A stretch of 25,200 nt of DNA from NCBI GenBank assembly GCA_050177605.1, contig JBFXGX010000014.1:6431-31630 (forward strand). The letters are read 5' to 3'. Below are positions 16,911-23,499 of the stretch, piece by piece. Both the position numbers and the translations under genes were made by a program. This DNA is from Candidatus Izemoplasmatales bacterium (lineage in GTDB: Bacteria > Bacillota_I > Bacilli_A > Izemoplasmatales > Hujiaoplasmataceae). Under the pieces are notes generated by a model. It saw nothing but the letters and a program-made list of their open reading frames with translations. It did not search any database and was not told where the DNA came from. Every line of letters starts with the position of its first letter. The stretch's first letter is position 1.

Positions 16911-17646
16911 ATCTTTTTGGTTCAAAGTATTCAAATACGCTATTATGATAATGTTGTTTTACAAAATCAAACTCTTCTTGACTTCTTGAGGCATAACCGA
17001 TACAGGTAATGCCCTTTTTCATTGCTCTATCTAGGTATTTATTGGGCATATCATGGATGCCATAGTTAATAAAATCAGGTTTTGAAAAGATATTCAAAAT
17101 CATTGACCTCATTAAGAACTTTGTTAATTTCTTCATTTTTGGATCATCTCTAAAATATTCAGTAACTTGCCCACGAATAACTTCAGGATGATGCTTTCTA
17201 AACCAATTGACAGTATTAGGGTGGAAGGAGTGCATCGCCCAGACTCCTTGGTAATCCTTCATATCTTCCATAAATTGGTTACATAATAAATCGTTATTCC
17301 CGAGTGGTTTTAGTTCAATCAAAAGTGGAACTCTGCCGTTAACTAATTCTAATACCTTTTTAAGCGTTGGAATCGTTTCGTTTGTCGATAAAATTTTTTC
17401 ATCTTTGATTTCGTCATAATTTACATCTGATAAAGAAACGTCTTTTCCACATAATCTTTTTAAATTCGTATCATGGAATACAACGACGGTTCCATCCTTG
17501 CATACATTGATATCCATTTCAATACCATAGCCTTTATCGATTGCATGTTCAAAAGCAAGCATTGTGTTTTCTGGAACGCTTTTATCTAGTGTGTGAAAAC
17601 CTCTGTGAGCAATGAAACCTTCTTTTATCCAAGTCATATCTTTCAT
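16909..17646 (-). CDS. Glycerophosphodiester phosphodiesterase (GlpQ/UgpQ family), cytoplasmic
   Basis: IAHRG, PENT, EMD, HD and IELK motifs. Start moved to ATG 17646 (MKDMTW) behind GAAGG, because the ATG at 17667 sits 1 nt from the -10 box. Confidence 0.9.
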   Translation of the reverse strand: MKDMTWIKEGFIAHRGFHTLDKSVPENTMLAFEHAIDKGYGIEMDINVCKDGTVVVFHDTNLKRLCGKDVSLSDVNYDEIKDEKILSTNETIPTLKKVLELVNGRVPLLIELKPLGNNDLLCNQFMEDMKDYQGVWAMHSFHPNTVNWFRKHHPEVIRGQVTEYFRDDPKMKKLTKFLMRSMILNIFSKPDFINYGIHDMPNKYLDRAMKKGITCIGYASRSQEEFDFVKQHYHNSVFEYFEPKR

Positions 17647-17668
17647 GTCAAAACCTTCTTTCTTCATT

Positions 17669-17677
17669 ATTATATCA
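17669..17677 (-). promoter_or_regulatory. Extended -10 promoter of the GDPD gene (divergent from adh)
   Basis: The minus strand reads TGATATAAT. Confidence 0.65.
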
Positions 17678-17728
17678 TTATAAATGATATTTCGTGAAGT
17701 AACTTTCTAAGTAGTATTGAGAAAGATA

Positions 17729-17737
17729 TGTTATAAT
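17729..17737 (+). promoter_or_regulatory. Extended -10 promoter of the alcohol dehydrogenase gene
   Basis: TGTTATAAT followed by RBS GGAGG and ATG 17761. Confidence 0.65.
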
Positions 17738-17760
17738 GTTTTTGTATTGGAGGCGAAGCA

Positions 17761-18936
17761 ATGGAAAATTTTACATTTTATAGCCCTACTGAATTTGTCT
17801 TTGGAAGAAACACAGAGGAACAAGTAGGAGAATTACTCAAGAAATATGGCGCTAAGAAAGTCTTAATTCACTATGGTGGTGGATCCATCATTCGGAGTGG
17901 ATTGTTAGAAAGAGTTGAAAACTCATTAAAATCATCCAAAATTTCTTATGTACTACTCGGTGGAGCGAAGCCGAATCCTGTAGATACATTAGTTTATGAA
18001 GGAATTGAACTAGTCAAAAAAGAGAATGTCGATTTTGTTTTAGCAGTAGGTGGTGGAAGCGCGATTGATAGTGCGAAAGCCATTTGTGCTGGAGCAATGT
18101 ACGATGGTGATTTCTGGGATTTTTATGACCGTAAAGCAGTAGTTCAAAAATCACTTCCGATTGCGGTGGTATTAACCATTCCAGCTGCAGGGTCTGAAGG
18201 TAGTATCTCTAGTGTTATTACAAAAGTTGATGGTATGTATAAAAGAGGAATTGGTTCCATTTTATTCCGTCCAAAATTTGCGATTATTAATCCCGAATTA
18301 ACCTATACATTACCTCCCTTTCAAACCGCTGCGGGAATTGTCGACATGATGAGTCATATTTTTGAGCGTTATTTAACAAAATCAACAGGGGTTGAACTCA
18401 CCGATCGGTTAGCTGAAGGCACACTTGTATCCATTATGGAAGCCGCAAGGGTCATTCTTAAGGATCCAAATAACTATGATGCTAGAGCAACGATTTGTTG
18501 GGCTGGAACCATCGCTCATAATGGTTCATTAGGTGTAGGGCGAATTGAAGATTGGTCGACACACGGATTAGAACATGAACTAAGTGCTTTATATGATATG
18601 ACACATGGTGCTGGACTAGCGATTATGTTCCCGGCTTATATGAAATATACTTTACATGAAGATTTAAACCGATATGTTCAACTAGCAACGAGAGTCTTCG
18701 GCGTATCTTTTGACGGTAAGTCAAAAGAAGAAGTAGCGCTTGAAGGTATCTCAAAATTAGAAGCTTTCTATCATGAGATTGGTATGCCATTAACACTTGA
18801 AGAAGGTGGAGCGAAAACAGAAGATATCGATAAACTTGTTTCTAAATTAAGAGAAAACCGTGGTGAAGTTTTTGGAAGCTTTAAAAAACTGACGATGGAA
18901 GATGCAAAAAATATCTATTTACTAGCAACGAAATAG
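17761..18936 (+). CDS. Iron-containing alcohol dehydrogenase, butanol dehydrogenase (BdhA/YugJ/YqhD-like)
   Basis: YGGGSI, PNP, AVGGGSAIDSAK, TIPAAGSE; metal ligands DMMSH, THGLEH, THGAGL. Confidence 0.92.
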   Translation: MENFTFYSPTEFVFGRNTEEQVGELLKKYGAKKVLIHYGGGSIIRSGLLERVENSLKSSKISYVLLGGAKPNPVDTLVYEGIELVKKENVDFVLAVGGGSAIDSAKAICAGAMYDGDFWDFYDRKAVVQKSLPIAVVLTIPAAGSEGSISSVITKVDGMYKRGIGSILFRPKFAIINPELTYTLPPFQTAAGIVDMMSHIFERYLTKSTGVELTDRLAEGTLVSIMEAARVILKDPNNYDARATICWAGTIAHNGSLGVGRIEDWSTHGLEHELSALYDMTHGAGLAIMFPAYMKYTLHEDLNRYVQLATRVFGVSFDGKSKEEVALEGISKLEAFYHEIGMPLTLEEGGAKTEDIDKLVSKLRENRGEVFGSFKKLTMEDAKNIYLLATK

Positions 18937-18959
18937 GAGGAAGCTATTCCTCTTTTTTT
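18937..18959 (+). terminator. Intrinsic terminator
   Basis: GAGGAA-gcta-TTCCTC followed by T7. Confidence 0.7.
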
Positions 18960-18966
18960 CTTGCTT

Positions 18967-18975
18967 TGATATAAT
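18967..18975 (+). promoter_or_regulatory. Extended -10 promoter of the orphan membrane protein gene
   Basis: TGATATAAT; RBS GAAAGGA at 18995-19001. Confidence 0.6.
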
Positions 18976-19008
18976 CTATATCATCAAGTAAATAGAAAGG
19001 AATTAACG

Positions 19009-19479
19009 ATGGACAGTTTTACTTATTTTATTATATGGTTTTTGAGCTTTATTGTAATTTATTTAATCTTCAAAGCAATTTCAAATCGATTCAAGAAAAA
19101 AGATGAAGAGACTTATGACACTTCTTTAGAAAACAAAGAGAGAAAGGAAATCCAAAATGCTGATCCTCTTACTGAGGTAGTTGTCATTTTTGAGTATTTA
19201 CAGATTTCTGATCAAGCACTAATGCAATCAATGCCAAAAATCAAGATTAACTATCAAGATGAATATCGACTTGTGAATAAATCAGTCTCCCTTAAATTAC
19301 CCCCTAAGTTTAATCTTCATTTTGGTGTTCCTTATTTAGGCAGTGAAGCTTTTAAACTAGATGAATCTTATTCACTAGATGCGGGTTTTATTTATAAAAT
19401 GCAATTTCATCCAAAAACATTTGTGTTCTCTAAGCCTCGAGTCATTGTGTCAAAAATTGGTAAAATTCAATCAAAATAA
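19009..19479 (+). CDS. Hypothetical protein with an N-terminal membrane anchor
   Basis: RBS, promoter and terminator all present; N-terminal hydrophobic helix followed by a charged linker; no family recognised. Confidence 0.7.
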   Translation: MDSFTYFIIWFLSFIVIYLIFKAISNRFKKKDEETYDTSLENKERKEIQNADPLTEVVVIFEYLQISDQALMQSMPKIKINYQDEYRLVNKSVSLKLPPKFNLHFGVPYLGSEAFKLDESYSLDAGFIYKMQFHPKTFVFSKPRVIVSKIGKIQSK

Positions 19480-19486
19480 TTATGGC

Positions 19487-19523
19487 AGAAATCATCATTT
19501 CAAGTGATGATTTCTTTCTCTTT
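19487..19523 (+). terminator. Intrinsic terminator
   Basis: AGAAATCATCAT-ttcaa-GTGATGATTTCT (one G-U) followed by TTCTCTTT. Confidence 0.7.
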
Positions 19524-19574
19524 ATATAAAATAAAAAAAACCAAAAATTGATGGAATCCCAAACTCATAATCTG

Positions 19575-19583
19575 TGATACAAT
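19575..19583 (+). promoter_or_regulatory. Extended -10 promoter of ald
   Basis: TGATACAAT, then RBS GAGGTGA (19592-19598) and ATG 19607. Confidence 0.55.
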
Positions 19584-19606
19584 TATATCGCGAGGTGAAA
19601 TCATTT

Positions 19607-20707
19607 ATGAAAATAGGTTGTGTCAAAGAAATTAAAAAGTATGAATTTAGAGTCGGGCTCACACCAAGTAGTGTTAAAGAGTATGTTTCAAATGGTCACG
19701 AAGTATTTATTGAATCAAACGCAGGTTTAAACTCTGGTTTTAGCAATGAAGATTATGTCGCTGTCGGTGCTAAAATCCTTGAAACTGCCAAAGAGGTATG
19801 GGAATCAGTAGAAATGATTGTGAAGGTAAAAGAACCTTTAGAATCAGAGTATAAGTATTTTAGAGAAAATCTAATATTATATACTTATCTACATTTAGCT
19901 GCAGATCAAAAATTAACACAAGCACTGCTAGAAAGTGGTGTTCTTGGAATCGCTTATGAAACGATTGCATTAGAGGATGGAAGCCTTCCTTGTTTAAAAC
20001 CAATGAGTGAAGTTGCTGGTAGATTAGCAGTCATTGAAGGTGCAAAACACCTAGAAAAACCTTTTGGTGGTTCAGGCGTGTTACTTTCAGGAGTGCCAGG
20101 AGTTTCGAGAGCAAACGTATGTATCATTGGCGCGGGTGTCGTTGGTGAAAATGCATTAAAAATGGCAGTAGGATTAGAAGCAAATGTTACAATTCTAGAT
20201 GTCAATTTAAAGAAATTAACTTACTTAGATGATATTTATGGCAATAAGATTTCAACATTATACTCTAATTCACATAATATCGAACAAACCATTGCGAAAT
20301 CAGATTTAGTGATTAGTGGTGTATTACTTCCTGGAGCGAAAGCACCAAAATTAATTCAAAGAGCTTATTACAAATCAATGAGACCTGGTTCAGTGATTGT
20401 GGATGTGGCGATTGACCAAGGTGGTTCAACTGAAGTATCTAAAGTAACATATCATGACGATCCAGTATATGATGTTGATGGGATTATCCATTATAGCGTA
20501 GCGAATATGCCTGGAGCTGTTCCTAGAACATCGACCATCGCACTCAATAACGCAACATTGCGATTTGGACTACTTATTGCAAATAATGGTGTTGAAAAAG
20601 CGATTTCGCTATCCAATCCATTAAAACTAGGCGTCAATACTTATCATGGACATTGCGCTTGCAAAGGTGTTTCAGACGCTTTTGGCTTAGACTTATTAAC
20701 ACTATAA
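19607..20707 (+). CDS. ald: Alanine dehydrogenase
   Basis: MKIGCVKEIK..E.RV, VKVKEP, YLHLAA, PMSEVAGR, GAGVVG, DVAIDQGG, VANMPGAVPRTST; start placed at ATG 19607 behind GAGGTGA. Confidence 0.96.
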   Translation: MKIGCVKEIKKYEFRVGLTPSSVKEYVSNGHEVFIESNAGLNSGFSNEDYVAVGAKILETAKEVWESVEMIVKVKEPLESEYKYFRENLILYTYLHLAADQKLTQALLESGVLGIAYETIALEDGSLPCLKPMSEVAGRLAVIEGAKHLEKPFGGSGVLLSGVPGVSRANVCIIGAGVVGENALKMAVGLEANVTILDVNLKKLTYLDDIYGNKISTLYSNSHNIEQTIAKSDLVISGVLLPGAKAPKLIQRAYYKSMRPGSVIVDVAIDQGGSTEVSKVTYHDDPVYDVDGIIHYSVANMPGAVPRTSTIALNNATLRFGLLIANNGVEKAISLSNPLKLGVNTYHGHCACKGVSDAFGLDLLTL

Positions 20708-20735
20708 GAGATGAGAAATCATCTCTTTTGTTTTT
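20706..20735 (+). terminator. Intrinsic terminator after ald
   Basis: AAGAGATGA-gaaa-TCATCTCTT followed by TTGTTTTT. Confidence 0.8.
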
Positions 20736-20782
20736 CAAAAATAAGCATTCATTGATGCATATTTCTTAAAAATAAACCTATG

Positions 20783-20810
20783 TTTACTTTATTATAAACC
20801 GGTGTATAAT
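20783..20810 (+). promoter_or_regulatory. Putative sigmaA promoter of the SDR gene
   Basis: TTTACT (20783-20788) - 16 bp - TATAAT (20805-20810); RBS AGGAGGTG. Confidence 0.55.
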
Positions 20811-20830
20811 GAAGATAGGAGGTGTAGTCA

Positions 20831-21847
20831 ATGAAAGTATTTGTGACAGGAGCGACTGGGCATATTGGTAGTGTCCTAGTGAAGAAGTTATATGAACGAA
20901 AAGATGAAATAACATCTCTTGTATTACCTGGTGATGATATTTCATACATTCAACCTTATACCGAAATAGTTTACGGAAATATTCTTGATGAATCATTTCT
21001 GCTTTGCACGATAAAAGATTATGATATTGTTTATCATTTGGCTGGAATGGTTGAGATTGGTGCGGGTAAGAAGAAAAAAATCTATCAAATCAATGTTCAA
21101 GGAACAAAAAATGTTATTCTTGCTTGTCAGACCAACCATATTAAGAGACTTGTTTACACATCAAGCGTTCATGCGATAGAAGAATTACCAAATAATCAAG
21201 AAATGTCTGAAGTAGCATACTTTTCTCCAAAATTAGTAAAGGGTCATTATGCAAAATCAAAAGCGATAGCAACGGATCTTGTTCTTCATCAAGTAGATTC
21301 GGATTTAGAAGTCGTGATCGTTCATCCATCAGGGGTCATTGGTCCCAATGATTACAAACTATCGAATATTACTGAACTATTTATCGATTTTATGCTTGGC
21401 AAACTGACGGCGTATATGAAAGGTGGCTATAATTTTGTGGATGTGAGAGATGTAGCGGATGGGATTATTTCAGCTGGAATCAAAGGAAAGAATCGAAGTT
21501 GTTATATTTTAAGTGGAGAAGAAATCTCGGTCAAAGAATTACTCGATGAAATTGCAGTTTACACTGGAAAAAGAAAAATCAAAACGCGACTAGCGTATTG
21601 GTTTATTCTATCGATGAGTTATTTCGCGGAAATCTATTATAAGTTGATGCATCAAAAACCACTCTTTACACATTATTCTGTGAAAGTACTGAAATCAAAC
21701 TGTCATTTTTCGAATCAACTTGCAAAAAAAGAACTTGGGTTTGACCCGCGTAGTATCAGAGTGTCAATCCATGACTCGATTGATTTTTCAAAAGAATTTT
21801 ATTTGAATGTTTACAAAAATAAATATACAAGAAAATCGCTAAATTAA
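20831..21847 (+). CDS. NAD-dependent epimerase/dehydratase family (extended SDR, dihydroflavonol reductase/HpnA-like)
   Basis: TGATGHIG Rossmann motif, HLAG, NVQGT, YTSS, catalytic YAKSK, VDVRDVA. Confidence 0.9.
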   Translation: MKVFVTGATGHIGSVLVKKLYERKDEITSLVLPGDDISYIQPYTEIVYGNILDESFLLCTIKDYDIVYHLAGMVEIGAGKKKKIYQINVQGTKNVILACQTNHIKRLVYTSSVHAIEELPNNQEMSEVAYFSPKLVKGHYAKSKAIATDLVLHQVDSDLEVVIVHPSGVIGPNDYKLSNITELFIDFMLGKLTAYMKGGYNFVDVRDVADGIISAGIKGKNRSCYILSGEEISVKELLDEIAVYTGKRKIKTRLAYWFILSMSYFAEIYYKLMHQKPLFTHYSVKVLKSNCHFSNQLAKKELGFDPRSIRVSIHDSIDFSKEFYLNVYKNKYTRKSLN

Positions 21848-21938
21848 CGCATAAGACGATATAAATAAATATTTTTTTATCGATATTTTCTCTTGAAAAA
21901 AAACTTCGAAAATTGATTATTTATTCTCTTGTATAACG

Positions 21939-21966
21939 TTTACAAAAATGGATAAACTGTTATAAT
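21939..21966 (+). promoter_or_regulatory. sigmaA promoter of the esterase-like gene
   Basis: TTTACA (21939-21944) - 16 bp - TATAAT (21961-21966) with TG extension. Confidence 0.65.
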
Positions 21967-22003
21967 ATTCTTTGGGTGTGTTTATTGCATGGGGGTACTT
22001 GCG

Positions 22004-23443
22004 TTGAAGAAACTATTTACATTAGCGCCAATATTTACTGACGGGATGGTGCTACAGGCTGAAAAGCCAATCAAGATTTTTGGTACATGTAAAAAAGGGA
22101 TTGAAATTGTTGTTACTTTTCCTCACCAAGAAGTTAAAATCAAGACGAAAGATGAATTCTTTCAAGTAGAAGTTGAACCGTTGAAAGCTACGAAACAGGG
22201 CTTTTCTTTCACGGTGTCTTCGAAAAAGCAAAGTCTGACGATTTATAACTGTCTTATTGGTGAGGTTTTTTTCTTGGTAGGAGAAACCAATATTCGTTTT
22301 CCATTAAAAGAATCCTTTCATCAAGTTGTGAAAGAAATTCCTTATATCAGATATTATGAAGTTCCTCGTGTACCCTATATGAATGCACATGAGGATTATC
22401 CAAAACATTTTAAATTCGAACCTTCTTGGAAAATTTCTAATCAAGAAAATGCGGATTCATTTAGCGCTGTTGGATATTTTATATCAACGATGTTATACGA
22501 AAATTTAAAGGTTCCTGTGGGGATTGTAACGTATTCGGAAGAGGATTTATCTATTTTTTCTTTGATTGATGAAAAGTATCTATTATCTAGTACGAAATTA
22601 AGAAGAATGATTGTATCTTATCAAAAAGAATTAGAAAAATATGAATACGAACAAGAGTATTTCTCTATTTTTGAACAAGAGTTATCCTATATTCGAGAGG
22701 GTGGAGGATATCGTACTTTACCAATGGGACCACGCCACTTTAACCGACCTGGTGGAATGTACCATTTATTGCAAAATGTCTTAGGAAATTACCCTGTGAA
22801 GGCACTCATCTATTACCAGGGTGAATCTGATTGGGCACATGAAGATATTTATGATGAAGCGATGAAAAAGATGATTGATTCATTAAGATCGTTACTAGGG
22901 GATTCCAAATTACCGGTATTTTATACACAATTGGCTGCTTTTACTTATCCCGGACTTGAAAAGAATAGAATGGCGAAGTTAAGAGAAGCACAAGCAAACT
23001 GTATGAATTCAACCGATAATATCTATATGGCAAGTGCGATTGATTTAGGCGAATCAGATAATATGACGCCGAAAGATAAAGCCGCAATCTCTGAAAGATT
23101 GGCTAATATTATCTTAGAAAAAGTATATAAAATTGGGAAAAATACGTTATCGCCTAGTTACTTTTCTTACCAAATCAATAAAGACAAGTTGGTTATTTAT
23201 ACACAACACAATCCACTGAACTTGGTGTCAAACTCAATGCAGAACTTAGGCTTTTTTGTCTCGACAGATCGTGTAAATTATGAAGAATGTCGCAATGTTA
23301 AGATTGAGAATAATCAAATTCTTATTCCATTTAATCGCAAAATGAAAGAAGTTGAATATGGATTCATTAACAATCCTCATATGGACATTTATTCTTCTAA
23401 CGGACTACCTCTGCTACCTTTCAGAATAAAAATAGATATCTAG
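22004..23443 (+). CDS. Sialate O-acetylesterase (SASA/SGNH) homologue with degenerate catalytic motifs
   Basis: F.DGMVLQ, IGEV, FSAVGY, VPVGI, YYQGESD, LPVFYTQL, LREAQ, IDLG, GLPLLPF family motifs; GQSN reads GETN and IHP reads MTP. TTG 22004 follows GGGGGT (ATG 21989 has no RBS). Confidence 0.82.
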   Translation: MKKLFTLAPIFTDGMVLQAEKPIKIFGTCKKGIEIVVTFPHQEVKIKTKDEFFQVEVEPLKATKQGFSFTVSSKKQSLTIYNCLIGEVFFLVGETNIRFPLKESFHQVVKEIPYIRYYEVPRVPYMNAHEDYPKHFKFEPSWKISNQENADSFSAVGYFISTMLYENLKVPVGIVTYSEEDLSIFSLIDEKYLLSSTKLRRMIVSYQKELEKYEYEQEYFSIFEQELSYIREGGGYRTLPMGPRHFNRPGGMYHLLQNVLGNYPVKALIYYQGESDWAHEDIYDEAMKKMIDSLRSLLGDSKLPVFYTQLAAFTYPGLEKNRMAKLREAQANCMNSTDNIYMASAIDLGESDNMTPKDKAAISERLANIILEKVYKIGKNTLSPSYFSYQINKDKLVIYTQHNPLNLVSNSMQNLGFFVSTDRVNYEECRNVKIENNQILIPFNRKMKEVEYGFINNPHMDIYSSNGLPLLPFRIKIDI

Positions 23444-23471
23444 AAAAACCTTCCGTAGGTTTTTCTTTTTT
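23442..23471 (+). terminator. Intrinsic terminator
   Basis: AGAAAAACCT-tccgt-AGGTTTTTCT followed by a T run. Confidence 0.8.
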
Positions 23472-23499
23472 CTATTGTATAATAGAAGTGGTGATTACT

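Noticed and set aside
17692..17710. Rex operator upstream of adh (TCGTGAA-gtaa-CTTTCTA); ald and the hydrogenase promoter also checked
   Set aside because: Only one half-site matches TTGTGAA-N4-TTCACAA; the other half matches 3/7 or fewer.
21857..21890. Terminator after the SDR gene (CGATATAAA...TTTTTATCG)
   Set aside because: The stem is weak, AT-rich and mismatched; not enough support to call.
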